A stretch of DNA of 64,000 nt from Octopus vulgaris (GCA_951406725.2 OX597816.1:137020001-137084000); one strand, 5' to 3'. Positions 36,868 through 51,732 are shown, numbered from the stretch's first letter. Made by a program: numbers and translations. The notes: generated by a model from the letters alone, not told the origin.

Positions 36868-39400
36868 TAAATGCTAGACAGAAGAACTAGGAAGGAATTC
36901 AATATGAATGGAGGACTCCACCCAAAGGCGGAAGCAGCAAGATTATACCTACTTAGAAAGGAAGGTGGAAGATGGTTAATGTCAGTGGAAGACTGCGTGG
37001 AGTTAGCTAGATATAGGCACGTATATAGGTAGTAGTGAAGAGAGTTTATTAAAAGCTGCTAGAATCACAGCAAGACATCGTGTCCAGTAAATTCCACTAC
37101 GGTAAATTTCGCTATAGGTAAAATTCACTGCAGTATATTCCACTAAAGTAAATTCAACTATAGTAAACGGTCTATAGGAAACTGATTACACCCGTCCTTG
37201 TTACACACTTCTCAACTAATTAGTCGTTAGGTAAAGTATAGGTTTATGCTATTGTTACCCATTTGAAAACTGAATTTCACTGTACTGCTAAATTTTTTCT
37301 ATTCAGTTTAACTTTGAACTTTGAAACCCTCAACCATGGCAGCCTTTATAACATCAGAGAAGAACAAACGTAAGCTTTGCGACGAAGAGAATCATATATT
37401 TGAAAAGAATGGAGCAAACAGTAGCAAAACAAAAATATATTGGCGTTGTGAACGTGTTTTACAACGGTTGCCGAGCTAGACCACATACAACTTTCAACTC
37501 CAGTACACCAGAAGTTATTTTTTCAACGGGCTCCCATAATCACTGTGCACACGTTAATGCCCGAAAGGCAGTTCATTCAACGAAAAGTGAAGTAATGAGA
37601 ACGAGCATAGTATCTTCTCGGAAAGTAATAGCTACTGCTGTACAAAATGTCGATGAGGAAGCACAATCATTGTTGCAAGCTATTCCTCGACTTTCACGTA
37701 ACATTCATAATTGGAGGCAACAAGCTTTAAGAGCCCCAGCACTTCCGGATTGTCATTCAGGGTTTGAAATTCCTGATGCAGTTAAGTACTTAGAAAATAG
37801 GTCCTTGTTTTTGGTCTCTGACAGTGGCATTGATGACTCAGAATTTTAGTTTTTTCTTCAGAAAATGGCTTATATTAAGTGTTTTTGCGCTTTAGTATTT
37901 TTACCAATTTAAGGCGTTGTCAATGGATTTGAAGATTTGTCTGATAATGAAAGTATCCCTTCTGAATTTATCACTTATTTTGAGAATTCATACACTGGAA
38001 CTGTAAGGGGACTCGATCTTCGTCGACGAAGAGAAACCCCACAGGTTCCTATCCAACTCTGGAATATACGCGACCGCTTTTTAAATGACTTGCTAAGAAT
38101 AAATAATTCGGTAGAAGGGTTCCACAATGCATTGTAGTCATCGATAACATCCACACATTCAAATTTGTGGAAACTTTGCAATGCCCTTAAGACCGAGGAA
38201 GGCTTAAGCCCGGCGAAAATTGTGCAGATTCGACGTGAGGACTAGATAGCAAAAAAAAAAAAAGTCCTATCAAATGACTGATGCACGACTAAAGAAACTA
38301 GCTGAGAATTATCAATCTGAAAACCCTTTGCAATTTAAAAAAAAATTGCGCGCAATTTGTCATAAAAGAATTTTCTTCAAATATATTAAACTTTTTTCAT
38401 AACTTAATTTTTACGTACTCGCCATCATTTTTATGTAAATATTTGAATAAAATCCGAGCTAAAATGTATTCATATTCTTTATCTATTTTTATGTACTCGT
38501 CATCATTTTTATCTTAATGTGTGAATAAAATTTGGCCTAAAATGTATTCATATTACCTATAGTGAAACTTACCGTAGTGGAATTTACTTAGAACCGCAAG
38601 ACATAGGGAAACCAAAGTACCAAACGAACTTAAAAGCCAGAAAAAAGATCAGAAATTATCTGACTGACAGGAGAAGGCGTTGCATGGTAGATTCCCAAAG
38701 ATAGTTTCAGCAAATAGTAGTAGTGAGACATGGTTATGGCTATAGAATGGAAAGCTGAAGAGGGAGACAGAAAGTTTATTAGTTGCACAAGATCAAGCAT
38801 TAAAGACTGATTCGATAAAAGCCAAAATAGATAAAACCAAGTAGATTCCCAATGTAGATTATGCAAATCAAAAGAGGAAAGCGTTACTCATATAGTAAGT
38901 GAATGTAACATGCTGGTACAGAAAGAATACAAGAAAGGCATGACAATCTTAGGAGAGCAATCCGAGTAAGAAGTACAAGAGGTGGGACTTTAACATTCAG
39001 ACTCACAGAGTAAAAGAAACTCGAAGGCCTGATTTAGTAGTAGTAGATAAAGACAATAGAAAGTTCCCGGTAATTGACTTTATAGCCCCAGATAATGAAA
39101 AAATTAATATGAGAAGTATAGAAAAAATAGCGAAGTACCAGGACCTAGCTGTTGAATCACAGAGACTATGGAAAGTGCGAGTAAAATGTATCCCAATAGT
39201 TATAGGTGCATTGGGAACTATCCCTAAAGATCTGAACTGATGGATAAGGGAAATAGGCATAAAATCCAGTTTAGTACAGCTGCAGCAAACAGTGTTATTA
39301 GGAACAGCTAGGATACTTAGGAAGGTTTTTGGCATCTAAGGAAACTTGTTGTAGCCCGATGTTAAGATTCTTTTCTTTTCCAACAGTTTAATTTGTTGAG

Positions 39401-39405
<5 letters not shown>
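36868..39405 (+). mobile_element. R4/Dong-like non-LTR element between (TTA/TAA)n tracts, split by a MULE
   Basis: LHPKAEAARLYLLRKEGGR, CRLC..E..HIVSEC, RPDLVVVDK, KYQDLAVE, PIVIGALG, LLGTARILRK; (TAA)n tail. Confidence 0.8.
37079..38595 (+). mobile_element. MULE/Mutator-like DNA transposon, internally deleted (FLYWCH domain and transposase remnants)
   Basis: TIRs AGTAAATTCCACTACGGTAA; TSD GCAAGACAT (37070-37078 and 38596-38604); YWRCE..CRAR..HNH, YFENSY, RINNSVEGFHN. Confidence 0.88.
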
Positions 39406-39454
<49 letters not shown>

Positions 39455-40385
39455 GTTATTTATTAATAACAGTTTGAGCTGGTTCCATGCAACTTCAACT
39501 TTCGTAAGCTCCTCATATGAGCGTAATACGCCAGGCCTCGGTCGCTTAATCCTGACGAGCTAGGTTCGTATGACGAACCTACGAAATTTCAAGTTACATG
39601 TAACCGAATAAAACTGTTGTTAATTAATAAATTATAATATATGTAACTCCTATGATACCTCTTGTTGGCCAGGGCCTACAATAGAAGGTGCATGCTACCA
39701 TTGTGTCCCGAACCTGAAGCCACGTGTTCGAGAAACTACTTAAACTTCATAGTCATGTCTGCACCATTTCTGTATTTTCTCTGATTTGTTCTAATCCTTC
39801 TAAAGCATTTTATACAATTATGTAGTCATTTGCTATACATTGCTGACATTAATTCGGGAAGTAATCAATATATTTTAGAGATCCAACTTCAGTAATTACT
39901 GTACCACTAGATAAGCGTAAGTATATATACAGAGAGGGAGATATATTTAAGAATTTAAGAAGACAAAATGTCAGAAAGACAGGCCAGTTATTCCTCTACA
40001 ACTTTTTGTAAATTCTTAAATATATCTCCTTCTGTGTATATATATATACTACTAAACAAACATGATTTTTATTGAACTCAAAATATTTTTTAGAGCCCGT
40101 TCTGATTACTTTCTTAAATACTTTCTTGTAAACTGTTTTTAACATTTTCTTATTATTATCAAAGAATGTATATCTGTATTTTAATACTTTTGTGATAACC
40201 AGTACTTAACACAACAAAGCTCATACAAACCTTTACATTTTACTTTTGACAATCTTTTTCTAAAAAAGCGAAACCGGTCAATTGAATAAACATCATTCTT
40301 TCATATATATTTCCACTCGTTGGGTACCTTACAACTTTACTTTGTTCTCTCTCTCTCTCTCGCTCTCTCTCTCTCTCTCGCTCTC

Positions 40386-40524
<139 letters not shown>

Positions 40525-40557
40525 GTGTTTATATGTATATATTTATGTACATATATT

Positions 40558-40608
<51 letters not shown>

Positions 40609-40712
40609 TGTGTGTGTGTGTATATATGTGTATATATATATATAATACATATATGTATATAATAGTTTCTCTTTTATTCTTTCACTTTTAATAGTTACAG
40701 TAAGTATATGTA

Positions 40713-41961
40713 CAGGTGTTGGACAAAATAATGGAAACACCTTAAAATTTCAAACAAATTCATTTTAATATGTGGTAGGACCGCCTTTGGCAGTAATTAC
40801 AGCTTGAATTCTACGAGGTATGGACTCGTACAAAGTTTGAATTGTTTCCAAAGGACTTTTTGTCCATTCTTCAGCTAAAACAGTCTCCAGTTCTTGTAGC
40901 GATGATGGTGGAGGATATCGAATCCTTGTTTTTCTAAAATGCACCATAAATCTTCAATAATATTGAGATCTGGGGACTGTGGTGGCTTCACTAGAATATT
41001 CCTCGTGCCATTTAGTAACAACTTTAGCTGTGTGAATTGGTGCATTATCATCCTGAAAGATTGCGTTTCCCTCCGGAAACAGTTCTGCAACCATAGGATG
41101 AATTTGATCAGATAAAATGCTTAAATAGTCTTGACTATTAATTCTGCCATTAAGGGAAACTATTGGGCCAGCGGATTTCCAAAATAAAGCCCCCCCCCAG
41201 ATCATCACAGATCCTCCTCCATGCTTAACAGTTGGAAGAAGTCAATCTGGGTCAAATGCTTCTTTTGGCTGTCTCCACACGTATATTCGGCCGGTGGTCG
41301 GAAATAATGTGAAGGATGACTCGTTCGAGAAAATAACATTCTTCCACTGTTTTAGAGGCCAATTCTATAGGTTTCTACTCCACTCTAAACGATTTGCAAC
41401 ATTTGTTTTTGAAAGTAGTGGTTTTCTGATTGCAGCCCTTCCGTGAAATCCAACTTTGTGCAGCTCCCGGCGAACAGTTTTTGTGGAAACTGGGTTCTCA
41501 AGGTAGTCATTAAGCTCTGCAGTAATTTTAGGAGCAGTTGTTTTGTGATCCTTTCTAACAATTCGTGTAACAGTCTGACGGTCCCTATCTGAAAGTTTTG
41601 GCTTTCTTCTGGAGTTTTGTTTCGACGAGGAGGTTTTTCTGTCTTTCTCAAAGCTGTCAATACTTTCGAGACAGTACTTATTGATACACAAATCATTTCA
41701 GCTGTTTTCGTTACGCTAGTGCCTGCCATACACGCACAAACAATTTGACCTCTTTGACAGTCCGATTGATCTGTCATTTTAATGAATTTTAATTTCCTTT
41801 TTCTGATGATATCTGAAAAGAAACAGCAATTTTAGCAAAACACATTAAGCATCGCTAATGATAAATCAAAAAACTTAGAATAAACAAGCTTTTGACGGTT
41901 TAATAGATATTTCAAAATTATGATGCTATGATGCTATGCGTTTCCATTATTTTGTCCAACT

Positions 41962-41965
<4 letters not shown>
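40713..41965 (-). mobile_element. Decayed Tc1-like transposon
   Basis: TIRs CAGGTGTTGGACAAAATAATGGAAAC after TA; IFQDDNAPIH and PPQSPDLNIIEDLW; frameshifts. Confidence 0.92.
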
Positions 41966-42017
<52 letters not shown>

Positions 42018-42019
<2 letters not shown>

Positions 42020-42567
42020 TACAACGAAGTTTTATATCTTTGCCATAAAGTTATCCAAGTTTTTGCACCCACAAAGCTAAAGCCTTGGGGACAGTTCGTC
42101 AGACTCTATATAAGCGCAAAACTTTAAAATATCTCCGTCGCAGACGTGAGGAAACGCCCAGATCTCGAGAAATACGAAAAAAAAAACGTTAATGAGTACA
42201 GGTTATTTACCCTTAAACAGAGGGATTAAAAACAAACTCTTATATAGTCGAACAGGCCTAATGATCAAAACGGGGAGATCCAATTTTCTAGTAAGTAGCG
42301 CTTGAAGCGGATACAATTAGAAAATACTTCTTTATAGTTGTTTAATTAAAAAAAATCTTTTTTTATACCTTTGTTTAAGGGGAAGTAACCCGGACTCATT
42401 AATGCTTTTTCGTATTCCTCGAGTTCTGAGCGTTTCCTCTCGTGTGCGACGTAGATAAACTAAAATTTTGTTTTCGTGTAGTCTGACGAGCTGTCCATAA
42501 AGCTTTGGCTTTGTGGGTGCGAAACCTTGGATAACTCTACGACCAAGATATAAAATTTTGTTGTAAT
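42018..42567. mobile_element. MITE with long imperfect TIRs
   Basis: TATTACAACGAAGTTTTATATCTT... versus ...AAGATATAAAATTTTGTTGTAATA; arms pair for over 150 bp. Confidence 0.75.
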
Positions 42568-42679
42568 AATTACTGCTCTATATATTTAGTGTGCTTCTCT
42601 CTCATATATGTTTTTTATTAACTATATATATATATATATATATCTTACGTAGGGGTGGGGTTACGATATATATATATAT

Positions 42680-43240
42680 ATAACCCCTACACAAGCCAAC
42701 TCCACCTTCCCTATCCATCCCATCCCACACCACCCCATCTCTTACACCCACTTCTACATACGCCACCTCTACCCCCACTTTCGCCTCTCCCACATCCCAA
42801 CAACACCACGACACCATGTACCACAGCACCACACAACACCACATCACATCACACCAGCACTGACCACTTCCCAGCCCCACACCATCATCGACACCTCTAC
42901 ACATACACACACACACACGTCAAGGTCACTAGCCCTCTTCCACACGCACATGCATGCTCTCTTATACACACGCATGCGCACCTTCGTTTTGGGATCACCA
43001 CTACTTTATTATTCCCCTTCTTCCTAGCTCTCCTGCGTGACCCCTCTGTCCGGCATTCGCCATGATAGATCGCTAGCCACTACACATTCTTTATTTTCTC
43101 TCTTTGTTTCTTTCTGTGTTTCTTTGTGTGGAAGAGCGTAGGATCGAAATGTTAAAGTCTTTTTCACTTCCCGAGCGTTAAACTAATACATCTGTTTGCT
43201 ATCTACACCACCTGTCTTCGTCTTTTGATTTTTTTGTGGA
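42680..43240 (+). mobile_element. Penelope-like remnant with a degenerate hammerhead-type 3' end
   Basis: 3' segment GAAGAGCGTAGGATCGAAATGTTAAAG..CCCGAGCGT related to 52900-53100, 54885-55060 and 63500-63650. Confidence 0.45.
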
Positions 43241-43257
43241 TTCTCCCTATACACACA

Positions 43258-43324
<67 letters not shown>

Positions 43325-43597
43325 ACACACTCACACACACATATACATTTATATATCCATACAGAGCCGTATCCAGACTAAAATATTAGAGGAGGCAAAG
43401 ATCAACAAAAACCAAACCAAGTTAGCAATTACAAACAGTTCTATGCATTGTCCCAATGATGGGAAGGGGAGGGTATGTCAGAAAGGCATATATCTGTACT
43501 TGCAGATCTGATTTAGTATATTATACAGCAAAGGTTCTCAACTAATTTTGGCCAAGCAGGAAGAGGATTTTTATGCTCAAGGAAGAGAGTGTGGATT

Positions 43598-44043
43598 TAG
43601 TTATTTTGAGTCACAAAATCAGCCCCCTTTTAAAATGAAGTAAAAAAATCTGAAAATATGTCATATTAAACATATATACATTTCTTATTCATTTGAACCA
43701 AAGAATTTATTGAGAAAAATTTGACGAAAAAGTCACTGACGTTTAAAAATCGAAACACTGTCTATTTTTAGCCAATGATCAACTTTCGTTGTAGCGAACG
43801 GTGTCAACTTTAAGTCTGTACTCTGTGTAAGGTTGTACCCCGTGTGACCTGTTTAATCTAGGTTTCTAAATAAAGATAAATACTTTATGAAGTCGTGTTT
43901 TTATTTATTTATTTTTTTGTTATATTAATGTATTTTCCTGTATGTGTATTTGGGTAAATTTTTACGAGTGCACCCGAATTAGCAGCTATTCGCGATAACG
44001 GCAAAATTAAAGGGGGCTGATTTTGTGACTTAGCTAACTAAAT
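43598..44043. mobile_element. MITE
   Basis: AGTCACAAAATCAGCCCCCTTT / AAAGGGGGCTGATTTTGTGACT inverted pair. Confidence 0.7.
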
Positions 44044-44232
44044 TAAAAAATGTTTATTCCTCTCCATCATTACGATTAAAATTAATATTTTTGATTTTGT
44101 TCTCTTCTATGAATTTAATTGTTTTTAAATGCTTCCGTCCATTGCTTTATACAAGAAAAAAGAAATTGGAAAATCCGGACCAAAACAGAGAAATTCTAAG
44201 TTAACAAAAAATATACAAAGAAAAAGAAAAGG

Positions 44233-45180
44233 CTATTTTCGAAAGTCAAAAGAACCATTTGCATCACAAATTTCATCAGCCATGGTACTGAAATAGTCAG
44301 CCTTCATGGCTTCATTAATGATTTGCCTCCTGATAACCTTTACAAGACATTCAATCAGTTGATTCTGGATAACAGTAGATAAATATGTGGCATTCTTTGG
44401 TGCATTTTCCAGAAAGGCTGCAAATTGAGGATTTTCTTTTGCTTTCCACTTAATAAAAAAGTTGAAATTACTGTCTCCTTCCTTCTTCTCATGAGACCGG
44501 CTTCCTCTAAGTGAAATTCCTCTTTTTGCAAGGGAAGTGATTACATCAAGAATGCATAAAAGAACCAATCTGTTCTTTTCAACTCGCTGAGCATATGCTT
44601 TAGAAAGATGTTCTATGATTGATTTCTTTTCTTCTTGGTATATCATCAAAAATTCATGATCCATTTTCATTGCTCCTTGATGGGTATCTGACTTTTCATG
44701 AAGAGTTAGAGACCCTCTTTCTCGACCATCCCGGAATGGTTTGGTTACAAATTCAGGATTGCTCATATCTTGGGCAGCAAAGCAAATACAGACTGAACAA
44801 AAAACTGCATCCAGTGACTTAGAAACCTAAGCCATGGAAACTTTTCTTCCTATGTTAGAGAATCCCTTCTGTTCTGGTGATTCTTTGGGAATGTAAACTA
44901 CATTGGTGGATTCCAGTTCTGCTGAAGAATGGTCTTGCGCTCATTGTCACCCATAAATGCTCCACTAACTAGCCCAATATCAAGTTCAGGCGAATTTTGC
45001 ATTGCTTGCTCCTAAATTTCAAAGACCCCAATTTTTGAGATGGCTTGTATTTGTAGTATTGAGGTACTAAATATCAGAGATTCATTGTTGGCATTACTAG
45101 TTTCAGGTGTAGGACAACTGGTGCATTCATCCAATATATCTTCAGAGGTGTCTTGACCATCACTTCTTTGGCATGATGAT
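44233..45180 (-). mobile_element. hAT-superfamily (ZMYM1/DUF4371-like) transposase fragment
   Basis: HEKSDTH, LAKRGISLRG, NATYLSTVIQNQLIECL, YFSTMADE; truncated just after the first catalytic Asp. Confidence 0.8.
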
Positions 45181-45674
45181 CTAAAAATAAAATCAGATAT
45201 ATCAACATTTATGATTCACTGTACCACCTTTTAGATTAATTTTTATATGAAATAAATATAAAAGTCTTGTATCTGCAAATAAACTACACTCCTAGTTTTG
45301 CTAATGATTTTCACATTTGATAGCCCATAAAAGCCCAGCTAGTGTTTGATAAATTGGCATATTTGGCCAGTTGATAACGTGGCCAAACAATAATTGATGC
45401 CCATTATGTCAACCAAAAAATCCATAATAATTATGAAAGTTTGAAAGTTTTAGTAAAGATTTCTTTAATATTCTCTACACATACATCTTTGGGACCTCTT
45501 CAGTTTCACTCACAGAATAAAAAATTTTTTTTTTTAACTAAACAGTTCGAAACTTCGTTTACTGGTGTAATTTCTCATGCTGAACACGGTTTACTTACAC
45601 CATTTTTGACAAAATTTCATACTTTAGAAGTTATTTCGTATTAAAGTTGTCGTATTCAGCTGAAGAAAAAAAAA

Positions 45675-45955
45675 ACACCATTCGAGCGTGGTCGTTGCCA
45701 GTACCGACTGACTGGTTCACGTGCCGGTGGAACGTAAAAAGCACCATTTGAGCGTGGTCGTTGCCAGTGCCATCTGACTGGCTCCCGTGCCGGTGGCACG
45801 TAAAAAGCACCATTTAAACCTGGTCGATGCCAGTACCACCAGACTGGCCCGTGTGCCGGTGGCACATAGAAAGCATCCACTGCACTCTCGGAGTGGTTGG
45901 CGTTAGGAAGGACATCCAGCTGTAGAAACTTTGCCAGATCTGTTTGGAGCCTGCG
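45675..45955 (+). mobile_element. RTE 3' UTR fragment with ~60-bp tandem units
   Basis: Reverse orientation of the 512-870 family. Confidence 0.75.
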
Positions 45956-46129
45956 TGGCGTGTTTCCTGATTTTGTGAATTTGTTTTCGGCTTGCTTAAC
46001 CAGTTTCCTTTGAGGATGGTGTCTTCAAGCCATGAAGACAGCTTTCCAACAAACGCCAATCTCCTTAGCAACTCGTTTGAAATTGAGTTCCCTACACTGC
46101 CTTCACCACAACTTCAGGAAAGAAGGTAG

Positions 46130-49100
46130 GAAAAAGAGATCTGACACAAACAAATTCAAACGTAAACATGAATGTCAATACCACCACCAACACCAACGAC
46201 AACAACGATATCGTCGCAAAGCCTTACACCATGACCTCCACGAAAGAGAGTACACCATGGCCTCCACGAAAGAGAGTACACCACCACTATAACTTCACCT
46301 TCAAATGCTACAACTGACACTTCTGCTACCACCACAACCACCACTACCACCAACACCACCACCACCTAGTTATCTTGGGCAAAGAGTGACGAAGGTGGAA
46401 ATAAAAATGTGCCTCCAGAGGTAGAGACGCAATTATTATCTGCCATCTGCTTCGAAATGGAGGAAGCTAGCATTTTAGAAATTGCTGTCCTTGAACAGCA
46501 AAACTGGGTGGATAAAACGCTGGAGATACTTTTACAAATCGATCAAGAATCTATTAATAAATTACCCATAAGTATTCAATTAGCAGAAGGATACAAGTTG
46601 TATGTAGTGGTAGAGGGCAGGCGGCCACGGTGTTATTTGTGCAACAGCGAGACACCTGTGAAAAATGATTGTCTAGCGGCCGCAAAAAACAAGAACAGCA
46701 ACAACAACAACAACAACCACTACCAAAACCTGGAAAAAACCCTTGCTACCCACACCACCTTCAACACAAAAGACAATAAAAAAATCACCATCATCACCAA
46801 CAATCGACAGCAAAACAACCCCTGGAAAACACCAAGAAGTGAAGATACAGGAAAAACAAAAGATTCAAAAAGTGACTCCCCTCCCCTATATTACATACAC
46901 CTCACACAAACAACCAACAACCAACACCGACGAAAACAACAACGCAGCCACTTACAGAAACACACACAGACGCTTATAACATGCCCTTACCCGCCTTCCG
47001 ATTCCTCAGAACTTTCGTCGGAAGACGAAAGTAGTGAGGAATGGCAAATGGCCAGAAAAGGAAGGAGGAAGAGGAGCAACAAAAGCAAACACCAACAAAG
47101 CAGGGAGATACACAACTCCCGAAGACATTTCGAACTCTAACACAAACAACACCAACGCCAACACCACGAAAACGATGCTCGCAACCATAAACACTAACAA
47201 CACAGAGTTGATGAAATATATCAACTCAAAAACAAACATTACAGAAAATGACATTAAAACGAGCAACCACCCATAATCAACATGGATCATGACCACGATT
47301 GGGGCCCACTTGAAAACAAGGGTGCCTCTTAAATGACATAAAGTCACACGATTTGGAAATCATAGCCATAAGTGAGACCAGACTCCATGAACCACGGGCC
47401 CTAAAGTCCATGTTTGGCGGACAGTTTAACATTTATTTTTCTCCCTGTTTGCCGAAGATGGGTGGTAGTGGCACTGCGGTACTTTTTCGAAAGAGTCTGG
47501 ATCTAGAAGTAAAGACAATATTCGTAGACCCGGAAGGTAGACTGGTTGTCTTGGATGTCGACGGCAGTGATGGGTGCGCTATTCGACTTCTAGCAGTCTA
47601 TGCACCTCCTTTAACAGGTCGGCCGGATTTCTTTCGACGTAAAGAAGTATCCCTAGGAGCGTCTCGTCCTGTACTTTTAGTGGGGTATTGGAATGCTACC
47701 TTGGACACGCAGACTACGTGGGCAGAGACAGAAATAGAGCCGCGCGAGAGGCCCGGGTGGCGGAGGCACAACGGGGCAACAAATCCACCATTCGGTCTCT
47801 GGTAGATGAACAGGGGTACGAATTGCTCGAGTCCGGCAAGATGTGCGAGGCGTTTCAGTAGCATTTTGTCCGACTGTGCGGGATGAGTGGCGAGCGAGAA
47901 CGCAGAGTGGACTTCAGTGCCTACCTGCACAGTCTGCCACGACTCTCGGAAAGAGAGGCAGAGTGCTGCGAAAGTGCCATCACGGCGGCGGAAGTGCGGG
48001 ACGCGATGGCAGGATGCTCGAGGAACAAATGGCCGGGTTTGGATGGTCTGCCCTATGAGCTTTACAGTTGTATGCCAGACTTGTTTGGAGACGTCTTGGC
48101 AGCAGTGTATTGCAACTGGCAGCAAAATGGGAGCATCCCCGGTTTTGTTAGCTGAGGAGTCCTAACGATGCTGAAGAAAGATTCAAACAAGGGGCACGTA
48201 ATAGATAACTTTAGGTTCATCACTCTGCTCAATGCAGACTTGAAAATTTTAGCCAAGGTGTTAGCCAAGAGATTGGCGCTTGTCATCGAGAAACTTGTCG
48301 ACAAGGCGCAAGCGTGCGCCGTGCCAGGCTGGAGCATCCATGACAACCTCCATCTGATGCGCTACATCGTAGACAGGGTAGTTAAGGAACATGGTCCTGA
48401 TCAATTTGGATCAACTCAAAGCTTTCGATAGGGTAGAGCATCGATACTTGGAGGCTGTCCTCATAGCAGCCGGTTTCGGTCCTGTCTCCCACGGCTGGAT
48501 GGCTGCCTTGTACAGAGGCATCCGTTCGGTAATTCGCATGAATGGACATTTATCGAGACCTTTCGACATTGCACGTTCGGCCCGTCAGGGATGCCCACTC
48601 TTGTCGTTTCTGTACGTATTGATTCTCGAGCCACTACTGCAGAAGCTGGCGATATTGAGGGGCATCCTGCGAGAACTGGGGTGCAGGACGAGCGTGTCCG
48701 CATACGCGGACGATGTCACCTTCATAGTGTCTAGCCACGAGCACATCGAGCTGGTCGGCGAGACACTGAAAGACTACGAAGCGGTGACGGGGGAAAAAAT
48801 CAACCGGGAAAAATCAGTGGGCCTATGCCGTCCGGCAGCGTCACAGTAGTGGGATGCTGGACCGACGGGTCGGTCAAGTTGCTCGGAGTCTGTTTCGGTC
48901 TGGACCTCCAAACGAAGAACTAGGACGAGATAACGAGTAGCGTGGTTACTCTCTCCCGGCAATGGGCCGAGAGGAAGCTGTCCCTAAAAGGTCGGGCGGA
49001 GGTGGCGAAGGCGTACATTGCGTCCGTCATCTACTACTGCCTGACCGTCGTACCTTGTTCGTATCTGGACCGTATCCTCTTCCGCTTCTTGTGGAAAGGA

Positions 49101-50400
49101 AGCGTTCCGATGGTCAGGCGATCCATTTGCTGCTAACACCCGATGAAAGGAGAGCTAGGCATGCCGTGGTTGATGATGCCCAGACGCACAGAGACTGCGA
49201 TATTCCCGGCTCCACATAGACGACAGTGGACAAGTGTGGTTGCCGTCTGTGCGACGCGCTTTCCCGCAGCTCGTCTCCAGGACCTAGCTGCAGTCGTGGA
49301 TCAAGAAGAGGCTGAGAAAGGGTGAATGTCGCGTTGCTCTGGAGCAACTCTGCCGCCCGGGTCGACGTTGAGCGACTGCATCTCAACCAAAGCATTCTAT
49401 AGGACATCAGTGGAGGGGAGGTACGACGACGATCTCGGGGCGAACTCGACCTGCCTGTTCAAGGAATACTCGACCTGCCTGTTCAAGACGATTTTCTGGC
49501 CGGGACCTATGGACAACTTTCAGAGATCCCTGGCCCGGCAGTGCTATCGAGAAGCGCTACCCGTTCGGGATAAGCTAATCAGGCACAGCTCGAGAAACAC
49601 TGGGCCGACCTGCCCGAGATGCGGGCAGAGCGACGAAACCGTTCTGCACGTACTCGTGCAGTGTCCAACCATTTCTAAACTGTGGGCTTATGTCGATTGA
49701 CTGCTGTCACGTGTGGGACGAGTCGGTTTATCAGCCGAGTCTATCGTCAATATTGTCGATCCTCCTTCCTCCAAACGAGAAGGAAGAGCTATTTTCATCG
49801 CACATGTGGCTATGGCGTAAGAATGTGTCTGTTGGACGCGTCTAAAAGGATTAGAGACAAACACTTTCCTCTCTGGTCAATATCTCATCAACTTTTTCAA
49901 GTATCACTTGAAAAGGAAGGTGAGAGTAGAAAGGCAAGTTTTGTGTAGCGAATGTTTCAACAAAAGATGGGTGAATGTAGCAAGGATGGCTCGTGTGAAT
50001 GACAGAGCCACATTGAGCATGATCCTATGTACCGGAAAAAAAACAGTTACATCCTTGTAAATAAATATGTTACTATGTTACATCCTTGTAAATAAATATG
50101 TTACTATGTTACATCCTTGTAAATAAATATGTTACTATGTGACATTATTGCCCGAGGTAACCGTGATCTTTTGTAGGTTTTTCTTTCCACGGATAAACCT
50201 CACCAACTTTTAGGAACTTTTTGTATTACTTCGATTTTTTTTGTATATCCCAAACGATTTCGATCCCTTTTGATCGTTGTCCCTAATTTTATTTTTTTTT
50301 CTATATATTTTGTTTTGTTTCCCCCCCCCCCCTCGTAAAGAAAAACTCTACATTGTATCTGTCCCCTCTATGTTTAGCTCTGTGTGGCCAATAAAGAAAG
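46130..50400 (+). mobile_element. Decayed Tx1/L1-clade LINE (ORF1 zinc knuckle; APE, RT and CCHC in ORF2)
   Basis: EGRRPRCYLC; IIAISETRL, DPEGRLVVLDV; PGLDGLPYELY, RFITLLNADLKILAK, KAFDRVEH, RQGCPL, AYADDV; CPRCGQSDETVLHVLVQC; AATAAAG followed by (CTAT)n. Confidence 0.92.
50046..50138. repeat. 31-bp tandem repeat x3
   Basis: GTTACATCCTTGTAAATAAATATGTTACTAT three times. Confidence 0.9.
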
Positions 50401-50485
<85 letters not shown>

Positions 50486-50939
50486 CTTACATACACACAC
50501 GTCCGCGCACATATGTTCGAGACTGTGTATGTTTTCAAACATACAAAGTCCGATGGAACAATTCAATTTGAACTTTCCAAAATTTTATTTTTGAATGATC
50601 GTAATCTTTGATGTCTAACAATGTTCAAATGAGTGAATCTGGGAAACCTTTCGAAAATATTTCAAAACGAAAAAAAAAAAAAAAATTACGGATAATAGGG
50701 AGGGAGAAATTAAAACATTAAAATGTAGAATTTCAGTTTTTGTTTTTATTTGTTGGATCACAATTTCACTTGTTTCATACATAAAACAGAAAGTTCTATC
50801 GAATGAAAGTCAAAATGAATAAATTTAAACACACACACACACAAATCAAATTATGAAAAAAGATTATTTTTTCAAAATTATAGTGTACATATTTTCAGAC
50901 GCACATACACATACATATGTATTTATTTATGTATGCATG

Positions 50940-51500
50940 ACCAACATTGAGATCTTACGCAGGCACCGGGGAGATTTTACAGCCGGTAAGTCTTGCTGCA
51001 GACATTCACGCAATCCAGAATGTGCCAGTGACCTGAACGTGGATGATTCTAAGTAGCTTTATATTTATTCTGTTGCCTCAAGTAAGTATCGGTTATCACT
51101 AGGTCTAACTCTCTACACAACTGTAAGAAGACTAGACCATTTGCGCTTCACTTCTATGCTGAGCCATAGTTCAAAATCACGTTTGACACGAGCATGGTGC
51201 GAGAATACTTCCACTGGCAAAAATAACGAGTTTCGAATCCATGATCACGAAACACTAGCTTAAATGGTCTGGTCATCTTGACAGCTTTGAGGACATCTGC
51301 GTGCGAAAAAACAGGTGCTGCACGATGAAGTGGGGCAAAGAAAACGTCCCCTGTGCAAGCCACTCAAGTGTTTCAAAGACAACCTTAAAGACGCACTTTA
51401 AAAATAAAATCAGTATCGACACTAACTCTTGGGAAGAATGCATCAGACAGGGGGCTGTCAAGGAATTTGATTGCTACAAATTTGAAACAGTACTGGAACA
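50940..51500 (+). mobile_element. Old RTE/BovB-like LINE C-terminal fragment
   Basis: LKWSGHL..KQVLHDE..KPLKCFKDNLK..WEE. Confidence 0.6.
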
Positions 51501-51732
51501 ACAGGTTTGCGTCCACTGAGTTGAAATATGCTGATAAATATGCTAACAATTATTATTATCATTATTACAGTGGTATTAGTAGTTTACAGTTGTCAGTGGT
51601 TCAACGGTTATCATTGTTAGGAGTGCCTAAGTACTTAAATTGCGTTGATTGTGGCCACTACAACCGCAATCACAGCTACTATTGTTACTGGTAGTCACCA
51701 TTAGTAGCATCATCATCATCATTATCCTCACC

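Noticed and set aside
44233-44766. Domesticated ZMYM1-like host gene
   Set aside because: Truncated just after the first catalytic motif and frameshifted upstream; consistent with a decayed hAT transposase.
50490-50885. Remnant of a fourth CCP gene copy
   Set aside because: Matches only one downstream non-coding block; no CCP coding or 3' UTR homology seen next to it.
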